DNA of 32,000 nt from Neisseria sicca (GCF_014054945.1 NZ_CP059566.1:2142729-2174728); one strand, 5' to 3'; shown: positions 9,157 to 18,258, numbered from the stretch's first letter. Notes: a model not told the origin generated them from the letters alone. Numbers and translations are program-made.

Positions 9157-9260
9157 ATAGTGGATTAACTTTAAACCAGTACGGCGTTGCCTCGCCTTTC
9201 CCTACTATCTGTACTGCCTGCGGCCTCATCGCCTTGTCCTGATTTAGTTAATCCACTATA
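9157..9260. mobile_element. Correia repeat-enclosed element, ~104-bp form
   Basis: It starts TATAGTGGATTAACTTTAAACCAGTACGGCGTTGCCTCGCC and ends TTAGTTAATCCACTATA (terminal inverted repeats). It begins 1 nt after the yccS-like TGA stop. Confidence 0.9.
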
Positions 9261-9280
9261 TTAATCGGCAGGCAAACGAA

Positions 9281-9321
9281 AGGTCGTCTGAAAACCGAAT
9301 TTTGAGGTTTTCAGACGACCT
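9281..9321 (+). terminator. Inverted DUS pair hairpin with a T-run
   Basis: AGGTCGTCTGAA at 9281-9292 pairs with TTCAGACGACCT at 9310-9321, followed by TTTTATT. Confidence 0.6.
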
Positions 9322-9340
9322 TTTTATTGAGTCGAAGCGG

Positions 9341-9453
9341 GCTTGGGGATAACTCAAGTTTGTAGCGTGGGCTTTGCCCGCGAATCCACCGTCTGACAAC
9401 CCGAATCGGGAAACCGTGTCTGTTATTTATCTCGTGGGCAAAGCCCACGCTAC
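9341..9453. repeat. GCTTGGGGATAACTCAAGTT leader plus an inverted pair of the GTAGCGTGGGCTTTGCCC repeat
   Basis: 9341-9385 reads GCTTGGGGATAACTCAAGTTTGTAGCGTGGGCTTTGCCCGCGAAT. The inverted partner TCGTGGGCAAAGCCCACGCTAC is at 9432-9453. It belongs to the same family as 1370-1455. Confidence 0.65.
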
Positions 9454-9552
9454 GGATTGCTGCAACGGTAACTTATCCCTTCCCCTGTCCGGCGGGGGAA
9501 GGTTAGGATGGGGGCGGGTTGCAGGTACAAATTAAGGAACTTTAAAACTCAA

Positions 9553-10041
9553 TCAAATAATGTCCGGATTCAGCACCAAATCATATTCACCAAACTTTGG
9601 AAATAGGATTACCTTATCTTTTTGGGGATATAATTCTGTTTTTTCATATCGCTCATTATTAATAAAATCCTCTTTCAAAACATAGCAATCATCCGTATTT
9701 TCATTGAAGAAATAAGTATATCCTTCTGCCAAATCATGAGAGTCTAAAGTTATATAATCTCTCCATACAGCCATAGAAAGAAAATAATAATTTGAATTAG
9801 AATATTTTTGAAATTGATGGGTTAAATAATCCCTTCCAAATTTATCGAAAAAATGTACCGAAAAAAAACCTACTTCCTCTCGCAAAGTAATTACATATTC
9901 AGGTTGTGTCACCGAACCTATTACGGCAGTATATAACTCCCCTTTAAGATGTTTTTCCTCAGCTTGTTTCTCAGAAAAAGGCTTATGAAGTTTCTTATAA
10001 CCATAAGACCACTGCTCACAATAAAAAATATCTTTCTTCAT
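9553..10041 (-). CDS. Hypothetical 162-aa protein in a low-GC cassette; candidate polymorphic-toxin immunity protein
   Basis: ATG at 10041 follows a strong RBS (AGGAAGGA, 7-nt spacing). The region is very AT-rich compared with its flanks. The protein is acidic and rich in aromatics (MKKDIFYCEQWSYGYKKLH..), with no signal peptide or TM helix. It sits 41 nt downstream of a truncated small ORF. The immunity role is inferred from context only. Confidence 0.55.
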   Translation of the reverse strand: MKKDIFYCEQWSYGYKKLHKPFSEKQAEEKHLKGELYTAVIGSVTQPEYVITLREEVGFFSVHFFDKFGRDYLTHQFQKYSNSNYYFLSMAVWRDYITLDSHDLAEGYTYFFNENTDDCYVLKEDFINNERYEKTELYPQKDKVILFPKFGEYDLVLNPDII

Positions 10042-10082
10042 TTGTAAATCCTTCCTGTTGTATCCCTAATAATAACATTTTC

Positions 10083-10259
10083 TTATCGTGCCGCTTTTAA
10101 TACAGATTGTGGAATTGGATTGACCTGTGCAGGAACTTCTAAAATAAGTTTTCCTTCAAACTTTCTTCCTCTTAGCGGAGCAGGTGTACTTGGAACATTG
10201 GAAATGACAACACCAGGGCTATATTTGCTGACAGCCTCCTTGATACAATCAATCCCCAT
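10083..10259 (-). pseudogene. 58-aa ORF (MGIDCIKEAVSKYSPGVVISNVPSTPAPLRGRKFEGKLILEVPAQVNPIPQSVLKAAR); possible 3' remnant of a toxin gene
   Basis: I translated it by hand from the minus strand; it is below the ORF-track cutoff. No Shine-Dalgarno precedes the ATG. The frame stays open for only 11 more codons upstream and then hits a stop inside a degenerate DUS pair (10279-10316). It has the same low GC as the downstream ORF. Confidence 0.35.
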
Positions 10260-10335
10260 ACTTTTTGTAGTCTTTTTGAAGTCGTCTGAAACCTAAATTT
10301 TGGGCTTCAGACAACCATTTATGCAATGAAAGCTG

Positions 10336-10375
10336 GCTTGGGATAACTCGAGTAGCGTGGGCTTTGTCTGTGAAC
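10336..10375. repeat. Solo degenerate copy of the GCTTGGGGATAACTC..GTAGCGTGGGCTTTG repeat
   Basis: GCTTGGGATAACTCGAGTAGCGTGGGCTTTGTCTGTGAAC is in the same orientation as 9341-9385. Confidence 0.55.
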
Positions 10376-10387
10376 TTGCCGTTAAAA

Positions 10388-10415
10388 AGGTCGTCTGAAA
10401 TTTTTCAGACGACCT
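10388..10415 (-). terminator. Tight inverted DUS pair; mutS terminator
   Basis: AGGTCGTCTGAA at 10388-10399 pairs with TTCAGACGACCT at 10404-10415. On the minus strand it is followed by CTTTTTAAC. It lies 23 nt after the mutS stop. Confidence 0.65.
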
Positions 10416-10437
10416 TGTTTTATATAAACCAACGCGT

Positions 10438-13062
10438 TTATTCCCCGCCTTCGGCAATCTGCTTGAGGCGGTACAGTGCATCCAAGGCTTCGCGTGGGGT
10501 GAGGTCGTCGGGGCGGATTTGGTTTAGGGCTTCGGCGAGTGCGTGGTGGGCAGGGTTGTTTTCTTGGCTTGCGGCGGTTTGGGGGGCGATGTCCGCCGTT
10601 TCGTTGGGGCTAAACCCGCTGTATTCGTTTTCAGACGACAGGGTGCTGAAGATGTCCAACTGCGGGCGGACGGCGGCGGCTTGGGCTTCGAGCTCGTCCA
10701 GATGTTTTTGGGCGGCTTTGAGGGCGCGGTTGGGCAGGCCGGCGAGTTTGGCGACGGCGATGCCGTAGCTTTTGCTGGCGGGGCCGGGTTCGATGTGGTG
10801 GAGGAAGACGATGTCTTGTCCTTGTTCGAGCGCGGAGAGGTGCATGTTGACCGCCGTTGCGTGGGCTTCGGGCAGTTTGGTCAGCTCGAAATAGTGGGTG
10901 GCGAAGAGGCTGAAGGATTTGTTTTTTTGCAGCAGGTGTTCGGCGATGGCGTGCGCGAGGGCAAGGCCGTCAAAAGTCGAAGTGCCGCGTCCGACTTCGT
11001 CCATGAGGACGAGGGATTGGTCGGTGGCGTGGTGGAGGATGTAGGCGGTTTCGCTCATTTCGACCATGAAGGTGGAGCGGTTGGAGGCGAGGTCGTCGGA
11101 GGCGCCGATGCGGGTGAAGATTTGGTCAATGGGTCCGATTTGGGCGGCATCGGCGGGGACGAAGCTGCCGGTGTGCGCCATGAGGACGATGTGGGCGACT
11201 TGGCGCATGTAGGTGGATTTGCCGCCCATGTTGGGGCCGGTCAGGAGCATGAGGCGGTGTTTGTGGTCGAGGCGGGTGTGGTTGGCGGTGAAGTGGCGCA
11301 CTTGTTGCTCGACGACGGGATGGCGGCCGTTTTCGATATGGATGACGGGGTAGTCGGCGAACTCGGGGCAGACGAAGCCGCGTTCGGCGGCGGTGGCGGC
11401 AAAGGTGGAGAGTACGTCCAGCGCAGCGGCGGCTTTGGCGGCTTTTTGAAGCTGGGGAAGGGTCGTCTGAATGTCTTTGAGGAGGGCTTCAAACAGGCGT
11501 TTTTCCAATGCCAATGCCTGCTCTTGCGCAGTCAGGACTTTGTCTTCGAAGGTTTTGAGTTCGGGGGTGATGAAGCGTTCGGCGTTTTTCAGGGTCTGGC
11601 GGCGTTGGTAGTCGGCGGGGGCTTGTTCGGCCTGGACTTTGGATAGCTCGATGTAGAAGCCGTGGACGCGGTTGAACTCGACTTTGAGGGTGGAAAGGCC
11701 GGTGCGTTCGCGTTCGCGCGCTTCGAGGTCGAGCAGGAATTCGTCGCCGTGGTTTTGGATGTGGCGAAACTCGTCGAGTTCTGCGCAATAGCCTTGGTTG
11801 ATGACGCCGCCGTCTTTGAGCCAGACGGCGGGTTCGGGCATCACGGCGGCTTTGAGGGTTTCGGCGACGGGCAGGGTTTCGGGGAAAACGGCTTTGAGGG
11901 TTTCTAAGAGGCTGCTGCCCTCGGCGGACAGTTCGATTTCGGACAGGGCAAACAGGCTGTCGCGCAGGGCGGCGAGGTCGCGCGGGCGGGCGTTGCCGAC
12001 GGCGATGCGGGCGGCGATGCGTTCGATGTCCGCGATGTTTTTCAGACGGCCTTGCAGGTTTTCGTATTGCGAACCCAACGCGGCAACGGCTTCTTGGCGG
12101 GCGCGGATGTGGGCGCGGCTGCGTAAGGGGTGGTGCAGCCAGAGTGCCAAGAGGCGGCTGCCCATGTGGGTGGCGCAGCCGTCGAGTATGGAAAACAGGG
12201 TCGGCGATTTTTTGCCGGAGAGGGTTTGCGTGATTTCGAGATTGCGGCGAGTGGCGGCGTCCATACCGATATATTGGCTGTCGGTTTCGAGCGAAATGCC
12301 GTCGAGGTGTTGCGGCATCAGGTTTTGCGTCAGGCGGATGTAGTTCAGCAGCGCGCCCGCCGCACCCACGGCGGCTTCGTGTTCCTTGCCGTCTAAACCG
12401 AAGCCGTGCAGGTCTTGGCAGCCGAAATATTCGGTCAACAACTTCGCGCCCGCGTCGGCGGCAAACTGCCATGAGTTCAGGCGCGTAATGTTGGCGGAGG
12501 TCGTCTGAAAACCATCAGGCAGGCTTTTGCCTTCGGGCAACAGGATTTCCGCCGCCTGCAAACGCGCCAGCTCGTCGGCGAGCTTGTCCGCCGTCGTCAG
12601 CTTGGTTTTGAATTCGCCGCTTTGCAAAGATGCCCACGCGATGGCGATGTGTTTTTTATCCGCGTTCACCGCCGCGATGCGGTTGGTTTCCTTGTCTTCC
12701 AAAAACGCCGCGTCGGTCAGCGTGCCGGGCGTAACGATGCGCACGACTTTGCGCTCCACCGGCCCTTTGCCCGCGCCGACTTCGCCCACCTGCTCGCACA
12801 CCGCCACGCTTTTGCCCATCTTCACCAGCCGCGCCAGATACTGCTCCGCCGCGTGAAACGGCACGCCCGCCATCTTAATCGGCACGCCGTCCATCTGCCC
12901 GCGCGTGGTCAGGGTGATGTCCAACAGCTTCGCCGCTTCCACCGCGTCATCCAAAAACAGCTCGTAAAAATCGCCCATGCGGTAAAACACCAGCTTGTCG
13001 GCGTGCTGCGATTTGATGGCGAGATACTGCTGCATCATCGGGGAAACGGCGGATTTGCTCAT
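10438..13062 (-). CDS. mutS: DNA mismatch repair protein MutS, 874 aa
   Basis: The N-terminus is classical MutS ([36 protein letters not shown]), with Walker [14 protein letters not shown] and ..[29 protein letters not shown].. I chose ATG at 13062; the ORF-track start at 13077 is a TTG five codons upstream. Confidence 0.95.
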   Translation of the reverse strand: MSKSAVSPMMQQYLAIKSQHADKLVFYRMGDFYELFLDDAVEAAKLLDITLTTRGQMDGVPIKMAGVPFHAAEQYLARLVKMGKSVAVCEQVGEVGAGKGPVERKVVRIVTPGTLTDAAFLEDKETNRIAAVNADKKHIAIAWASLQSGEFKTKLTTADKLADELARLQAAEILLPEGKSLPDGFQTTSANITRLNSWQFAADAGAKLLTEYFGCQDLHGFGLDGKEHEAAVGAAGALLNYIRLTQNLMPQHLDGISLETDSQYIGMDAATRRNLEITQTLSGKKSPTLFSILDGCATHMGSRLLALWLHHPLRSRAHIRARQEAVAALGSQYENLQGRLKNIADIERIAARIAVGNARPRDLAALRDSLFALSEIELSAEGSSLLETLKAVFPETLPVAETLKAAVMPEPAVWLKDGGVINQGYCAELDEFRHIQNHGDEFLLDLEARERERTGLSTLKVEFNRVHGFYIELSKVQAEQAPADYQRRQTLKNAERFITPELKTFEDKVLTAQEQALALEKRLFEALLKDIQTTLPQLQKAAKAAAALDVLSTFAATAAERGFVCPEFADYPVIHIENGRHPVVEQQVRHFTANHTRLDHKHRLMLLTGPNMGGKSTYMRQVAHIVLMAHTGSFVPADAAQIGPIDQIFTRIGASDDLASNRSTFMVEMSETAYILHHATDQSLVLMDEVGRGTSTFDGLALAHAIAEHLLQKNKSFSLFATHYFELTKLPEAHATAVNMHLSALEQGQDIVFLHHIEPGPASKSYGIAVAKLAGLPNRALKAAQKHLDELEAQAAAVRPQLDIFSTLSSENEYSGFSPNETADIAPQTAASQENNPAHHALAEALNQIRPDDLTPREALDALYRLKQIAEGGE

Positions 13063-13102
13063 GGGAATGCCTTGCAAAACGGAAAAGCCTTATTGTAGCA
13101 AA

Positions 13103-13141
13103 AGGTCGTCTGAAACCCTAAAACAAGGTTTCAGACGACCT
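13103..13141 (-). terminator. Inverted DUS pair hairpin downstream of the DUF4424-like gene
   Basis: AGGTCGTCTGAA at 13103-13114 pairs with TTCAGACGACCT at 13130-13141, with T/A runs on both sides. Confidence 0.5.
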
Positions 13142-13143
13142 TT

Positions 13144-13211
13144 TATAGTGGATTAACTTTAAACCGGTACGGCGTTGCCTCACCTTGTCCTGATTTAGTT
13201 AATCCACTATA
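13144..13211. mobile_element. Minimal Correia-type element (~68 bp, essentially the two terminal inverted repeats)
   Basis: TATAGTGGATTAACTTTAAACCGGTACGGCGTTGCCTCACCTTGTCCTGATTTAGTTAATCCACTATA. Confidence 0.8.
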
Positions 13212-13221
13212 TGTATGCCGC

Positions 13222-14166
13222 TTAGGGTTTTTCGTAAACGAAAATAATGTCCAAGTCTTTTTTCGGCAGGAAATTTTCTTTGACTGCTTGGAAGCGGTTC
13301 GGCCCTACTTTGCGCAAGGATTTGTCCCAACAAAGCGAAATCACGGTATTGGGCTCGCGGTCTATGGTCAACGTGAATTTACCGATGGGTTTTGCCCAGT
13401 TGGCGCCCGTAGTCAGAATATAGCCCAAATGGTGATAGACCTTATCTTCTTTCACATTTTTAAAGTTGTTGAGGAAGTTTTCATCCATGCAGTAAGCGTC
13501 TATAAATGCTTTGCTGTCTTTGGCTTTGAGCGAAGGCAGGAAGCTGCCGCCGACCAGCGGGGTGTATTGGTGTTTGATTTCGGTGACGCTGCCGGCTTTG
13601 AAGGTTTGCTTCCAGCTGTAAACAATCTGCGCCGACCAATCGGGCAGTTCATCCGGCTGCTTGGGCAGCATGGATTGGACTTTGGCGGAGCGGCAGGCTC
13701 TGATTTTGCTGCCGATTTTTTCACCGTCTTGCTTTTGCGTCCAAGGGTGCATCAGTTCCTGATCGCTCAAACCGCATTTTTTCAAATCGGCGGTCACGTC
13801 CACCAGCGAGCCGTTACTCCGTTCAAAATAGGCACGGACGTGGGTTTGCGGGCGGACAGGTTTGCCGTCGGCGTAAATTCGGAAGCTGTCAACCAAGCCT
13901 TTGGTGTCGGCAAAGTCGGAATCGGTGAAAGCAGGAACAATCGGCAAAGGGAAAAGGACGGTTTCGGTAATGTCTTGCGAGGAGGTGTTTTTAAACCGGT
14001 AATGCACGCGAATCTGGTGTTCGCTGATGTACAAATCTTCGCTCTGCATATCGATATGCGGATTTTTCAGATATTTGATGCCGCTTGTGCTGACTGTACC
14101 CGTGCTGTCGTTGGCATGGGCTGCTCCGGCAAGCAGGAGGAGCAGGAGGAAAGAGTGGGGTTTCAT
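13222..14166 (-). CDS. Secreted hypothetical protein, 314 aa, resembling the DUF4424 family
   Basis: RBS AAGGA precedes the ATG. The signal peptide is MKPHSFLLLLLLAGAAHA. The mature start NDSTGTV..GIKYLKNPHIDMQSEDLYIS..V.Y.F.N.S..D..E.V.FPLP fits my memory of DUF4424 proteins, but I could not verify the family assignment. Confidence 0.6.
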   Translation of the reverse strand: MKPHSFLLLLLLAGAAHANDSTGTVSTSGIKYLKNPHIDMQSEDLYISEHQIRVHYRFKNTSSQDITETVLFPLPIVPAFTDSDFADTKGLVDSFRIYADGKPVRPQTHVRAYFERSNGSLVDVTADLKKCGLSDQELMHPWTQKQDGEKIGSKIRACRSAKVQSMLPKQPDELPDWSAQIVYSWKQTFKAGSVTEIKHQYTPLVGGSFLPSLKAKDSKAFIDAYCMDENFLNNFKNVKEDKVYHHLGYILTTGANWAKPIGKFTLTIDREPNTVISLCWDKSLRKVGPNRFQAVKENFLPKKDLDIIFVYEKP

Positions 14167-14187
14167 GGGTTCAAAGTCCTTAAAAAC

Positions 14188-14218
14188 AGGTCGTCTGAAA
14201 CGGCATTTCAGACGACCT
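14188..14218 (-). terminator. Inverted DUS pair hairpin; terminator of the POT transporter gene
   Basis: AGGTCGTCTGAA at 14188-14199 pairs with TTCAGACGACCT at 14207-14218. On the minus strand it is followed by CTGTTTTTAAGG. Confidence 0.6.
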
Positions 14219-14235
14219 TCTTAACGAATCAGTAT

Positions 14236-15693
14236 TTAATCCGCGCCTTTGAGCATTTTATTCAAAATAGGTACGAGTAGCAATAATACCAAACCGGTGA
14301 TTACGCCTATGCCGCAAAGCATCCAGTAGAAATCCAGCGGGGCTTTCTTATCGAATCCTTCCTTGAACAACACGCCGCCCAAAGTGAAACCTACCGAGAG
14401 ACCCAAGAAGTTGAGCGCGACCATTTGGGTTTTGAACATGGGCGGGGCGATTTTGGTGGCGATAGAAAGCGAAATCGGCGAGATCATCAGTTCGCCTATG
14501 GTGAGGGCGAGCAGGAACAGCGCGAAAACAATAATCGGCATGGGGGTATCCGATGAGATATACGGTACGAATATCAGATAGGATACGCCGACAACAATCA
14601 TCGCCAATACGAATTTAAACGGGGTTTTCGGCTGATATTTGCCCATTTTCGTCCAAATCGCCGCCATCACGCCGGAGAAAAGGACGACCCACATACTTTG
14701 GATGGAGTCTTTCCATGCGACGGGGACAGTCCAGCCGAATAGGGTGCGGTCACCCATTTTGTCAAAGTACACCGTTGCCACCGAATAGACTTGGGACCAG
14801 ACTGCCCAAAACAGGCAGATGGCCAAAAACAGCGGAATATAGGCAATGATATGGCGTTTGTTTTCAGACGACACATGGCTGCTGCCAAGCAGGCGCGCGA
14901 AGTAGGCGATAATGGTTAGAATGACCGTGCCGAGCAGGAATTTGGAGAAGTTGTCCAAATTGAGCGTACCCGAGGCAATCAGGCTGCCGACAATCAAGAC
15001 AATCAACACGGCGACTGCCACCGCGGTCTGCACTTTTTCAGGACGCAGCGGATTGGGCGCAGGCGTGTGCGGCAGCAGTTTGCGTCCCGCAGAGTAGCGC
15101 CACAGCCCGAAAGCCATACCGACTGCCGCCGCGCCGAAGCCGTAGTGGAAACCCATCTTCGTTTGCAGTAAGCCGGTCAGGAGCGGGCCTAAAAAGCCGC
15201 CGATGTTGATGGAGATATAGAAAATGGAAAAACCGGCATCGCGCAGCGGCTTCATGTGATCCGCCTCATAAAGCGAGCCGACCATCGAGCTTGCCGACGA
15301 TTTTACGCCGCCGCTGCCCAATGCGATACACACCAAGCCGCTCAATAGCCCGTACAGCCCCGGTGCGATTGCCAAAACGATGTGTCCGAGCATGACCACG
15401 ATGCCGGAAATAAACAGCGTTCTCTCCGCGCCCCAAATCCGGTCAGCAAGCCATGCGCCGAGTATGGTGGACAAATAAACGCTGCCGCCGTATGCGCCGA
15501 CGATGCCGCCGGCGAGCGACTCGTTTATGCCCAAACCGCCTTTATTGGCAGCGTAATAGAGATAGATCATTAAGATACCCTGCATCCCGTAAAACGAGAA
15601 ACGTTCCCACAATTCGATATGGAACAGGGTAGAGAGCTGGATGGGATGCCCGAAGAAGGTTTTTTCCTTGCGGGCGGACTGGTTGTCAGACAT
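14236..15693 (-). CDS. Proton-dependent oligopeptide transporter (POT/PTR2 family di-/tripeptide permease), 485 aa
   Basis: RBS AGGAGA precedes the ATG. The PTR2 signature region is present (FFGHPIQLSTLFHIELWERFSFYGMQGILMIYL), and there are about 14 hydrophobic helices. Confidence 0.9.
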   Translation of the reverse strand: MSDNQSARKEKTFFGHPIQLSTLFHIELWERFSFYGMQGILMIYLYYAANKGGLGINESLAGGIVGAYGGSVYLSTILGAWLADRIWGAERTLFISGIVVMLGHIVLAIAPGLYGLLSGLVCIALGSGGVKSSASSMVGSLYEADHMKPLRDAGFSIFYISINIGGFLGPLLTGLLQTKMGFHYGFGAAAVGMAFGLWRYSAGRKLLPHTPAPNPLRPEKVQTAVAVAVLIVLIVGSLIASGTLNLDNFSKFLLGTVILTIIAYFARLLGSSHVSSENKRHIIAYIPLFLAICLFWAVWSQVYSVATVYFDKMGDRTLFGWTVPVAWKDSIQSMWVVLFSGVMAAIWTKMGKYQPKTPFKFVLAMIVVGVSYLIFVPYISSDTPMPIIVFALFLLALTIGELMISPISLSIATKIAPPMFKTQMVALNFLGLSVGFTLGGVLFKEGFDKKAPLDFYWMLCGIGVITGLVLLLLVPILNKMLKGAD

Positions 15694-16048
15694 ATTAAAG
15701 TTCTCCTGTTGGCAGAGGTTGGGCAGACGGACCGCCCCGGCGGAAACCTGCCTGCCCCGCCGGCATTTTCAATATTTTTCTTAGAGCGGGCGCGGGCGTA
15801 AGGATTGCCTGCCGCACCCTGCGGGTTTGGCGGGAAACGCCCGTATCCGATGCTTTCATCTAGGATTTACAGGAGTTTACGATGCCAAACATTTTTCGGT
15901 TTTTAGCCGAATCTGAAACGCTTGTCAAACGGCATATGGCAAAGGTTTGAGGCTGCACAGGTAAACCGCATTTTGATTTAAGCGGAGGTCGTCTGAAAAC
16001 GTATCGGTAAAAAGGGGGGCATTTTCAGGCGGAAGGTGCGGGCGTATC

Positions 16049-16534
16049 ATGCCCTTCATGAACATCACGCCTTTACGCCCCGAACACGTCGAACCGCTCG
16101 CCCGTGCGCTTTATCTGCAATGGCATGATTTTGCGCCGTGGTCGTCTATGGACAAAATCCGCGCCTATTACGCGGAATGCCTGAACGGTGAAAACCTGCC
16201 GCTGGCGTTTGCCGCCGTCGGAAAGGACGGCGCGCTGCTGGGTTCGGCCGCGCTCAAACGGCACGATATGGAAGAGTTTCCCCAATACGAATATTGGCTG
16301 GGCGATGTGTTCGTTTTACCCGAACACAGGGGGACGGGCGTGGGCGGCCTGTTGATTGGACACTGCCTCGCCGCCGCCCGCCAAATGCGCCTGCCCAAAC
16401 TTTACCTTTATACGCCGGACGTGCAGTCGGTTTACGAGAAATACGGCTGGCGTGAAATCGCGACCTGTCGGCACAACGGCGAGACGGTGTCGGTAATGGA
16501 ATTGGTATTGGAGGGGGACGGACAATCCGGTTGA
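16049..16534 (+). CDS. GNAT-family N-acetyltransferase, ~158-161 aa
   Basis: Has an acetyl-CoA binding motif A-like segment (VFVLPEHRGTGVGGLLIGHCLAAAR) and the typical GNAT length. The start is ambiguous between ATG 16049 and ATG 16058, and neither has a good SD. Confidence 0.72.
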   Translation: MPFMNITPLRPEHVEPLARALYLQWHDFAPWSSMDKIRAYYAECLNGENLPLAFAAVGKDGALLGSAALKRHDMEEFPQYEYWLGDVFVLPEHRGTGVGGLLIGHCLAAARQMRLPKLYLYTPDVQSVYEKYGWREIATCRHNGETVSVMELVLEGDGQSG

Positions 16535-16559
16535 ATGTGACACCCATCTTGTGACGCAG

Positions 16560-16598
16560 GGGTCGTCTGAAACCCAATCTTTGATTTTCAGACGACCT
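16560..16598 (+). terminator. Inverted DUS pair hairpin with a T-run; GNAT gene terminator
   Basis: GGGTCGTCTGAA at 16560-16571 pairs with TTCAGACGACCT at 16587-16598, followed by TTTTTG. Confidence 0.65.
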
Positions 16599-16640
16599 TT
16601 TTGTTTACGCATATGGGAACTGTTTATCATTGCAACGTTC

Positions 16641-16700
16641 TATAAAAGGATTGACTTCAAAGCGATACGGCGTTGCCGCGCCTTGTCCTGATTTGAAGTC
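16641..16700. repeat. Degenerate Correia-like remnant
   Basis: TATAAAAGGATTGACTTCAAAGCGATACGGCGTTGCCGCGCCTTGTCCTGATTTGAAGTC retains the ..ACGGCGTTGCC.CGCCTTGTCCTGATTT.. core of the short Correia forms, but its termini are diverged. Confidence 0.4.
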
Positions 16701-16879
16701 TCTCCGGCATATTTGGGCTGAAGCGGAATCACTCGAAAACGGCGGCTTCATCACCGTTTTTATTGATCCCGCTTCAGCGCAGACCGAAACGGGCGGACAG
16801 CCGTTTCGTCCCGTTCTCGGTAATATTTCGCACTCAAGCAGAGCCTGCTCTGCGCCAGACCGACTGAGAGGAATCCAGA

Positions 16880-18247
16880 TTGAACAGCTTACGCCATCTT
16901 GCCCTGATATTTGCTTTGTCCGCGCCCGTACTCACGCTGGCGCAGACCGTATCGCAAACGCTGCCCAACGGGTTGAAGATTATTGTGAAAGAAGACCGCC
17001 GCGCGCCGGTCGCCGTGTCGCAGCTTTGGTATAAAGTCGGCAGCGTGGATGAAAAACAGGGCAAAAGCGGTTTGAGCCATGCCTTGGAACACATGATGTT
17101 TAAAGGCACGCAGACCATACCTTCGGGAGAATTCAACCGCCGCGTCGCCGCTTTGGGCGGAGAGAACAATGCCTACACCAACCGCAGCGAGACGGTTTAT
17201 TACGAAAACATCGCGGCGGCAAACCTGCCCGAAGTGTTGAAGCTCGAAGCCGACCGGATGCACAACCTCAATTTCAGCGATGAAGAATTTCAAAATGAAA
17301 TGAACGTCATCCGCGAAGAACGCCGCCAACGCACGGAAGACACGGCGGACGGCAAACTGTGGGAACAGGTGTATCTGAACAGCTTTACGCTGCCTTCGAT
17401 GAAAGCCGCGGTCATCGGTTATATGGATGATTTGCACACGCTCAAAGCCGACGATTTGCGCGACTGGTATCGGCAATATTACGCGCCGAACAACGCCGTT
17501 TTGGTGATTGTCGGCGATGTCGATGCCAAAAAGACGCTCAAAACCGCGGCGGAACTGTTCGGCAACATTCCCGCCAAACAGCAGCCCGACCGCAATATGC
17601 TTGCCAACGAACCGTTCAAACGCGAACCTGTGAATTTTCAGACGACCTCGGTGGTCACGCGCCAACCCTTGGTCAGCTTGAACTACCGCGTCCCCGGATT
17701 GGAAAGTCTGGACGACAGACTGCCCTATGCGCTGGATGTCCTGTCGGAAATCTTGTCGGGCAACTCGTCCAGCCGCTTGGATAAAAACCTGATACGCGGC
17801 AAACAGATGGCTTTGAGTACGGGCGCAAGTTACGACCTGATCAGCCGTGAAATGCCGTTGTTCAGCATCTTCGCCATGCCGGCGGACAACGTCGAAGTCG
17901 ATGCCGTCATCGCCGAATTGCGCCGCGAATTGAAAGACATCGCCGAAAACGGAGTCAGCGCCGAAGAGCTGAACCGCATCAAAGCGCAGTCGGAAGCGTC
18001 CGAAATCTACGAGCGCGACTCTATGGAAGCACAGGCTTCCATCATCGGGCGGCTGGAAGCGCGCGGCTTCGAATACAGCGACGAAGCGGAAATCCGCCGC
18101 CGCCTGAAAGCCGTCAGCGTCGAAGATGTGCAGGCCGCCGCTCAGCTGCTGACGGATGACCGCCTGGCGACCGTGGTCGTGATGCCCGACCCGAAAATCC
18201 TGTACCACCCGATTGTTCAGGCGGCAAACAAGCCTCAACCTAAATAA
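16880..18247 (+). CDS. M16-family zinc metallopeptidase (pitrilysin/PqqL-like, active subunit), 455 aa
   Basis: TTG start is preceded by GAGAGGA. The signal peptide is LRHLALIFALSAPVLTLAQ. The inverted zinc motif HxxEH is present (GLSHALEHMMFKGT), with a downstream glutamate region (NAYTNRSETVYYE). Confidence 0.85.
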   Translation: MNSLRHLALIFALSAPVLTLAQTVSQTLPNGLKIIVKEDRRAPVAVSQLWYKVGSVDEKQGKSGLSHALEHMMFKGTQTIPSGEFNRRVAALGGENNAYTNRSETVYYENIAAANLPEVLKLEADRMHNLNFSDEEFQNEMNVIREERRQRTEDTADGKLWEQVYLNSFTLPSMKAAVIGYMDDLHTLKADDLRDWYRQYYAPNNAVLVIVGDVDAKKTLKTAAELFGNIPAKQQPDRNMLANEPFKREPVNFQTTSVVTRQPLVSLNYRVPGLESLDDRLPYALDVLSEILSGNSSSRLDKNLIRGKQMALSTGASYDLISREMPLFSIFAMPADNVEVDAVIAELRRELKDIAENGVSAEELNRIKAQSEASEIYERDSMEAQASIIGRLEARGFEYSDEAEIRRRLKAVSVEDVQAAAQLLTDDRLATVVVMPDPKILYHPIVQAANKPQPK

Positions 18248-18258
18248 ACCGACCAAAG

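Noticed and set aside
10293-10768. ORFs 10293-10481(-) and 10364-10768(+) around the mutS 3' end
   Set aside because: They span the mutS terminator hairpin and repeat debris, or lie antisense to mutS. They have no RBS, and their translations are dominated by DUS-derived and repeat-derived peptides.
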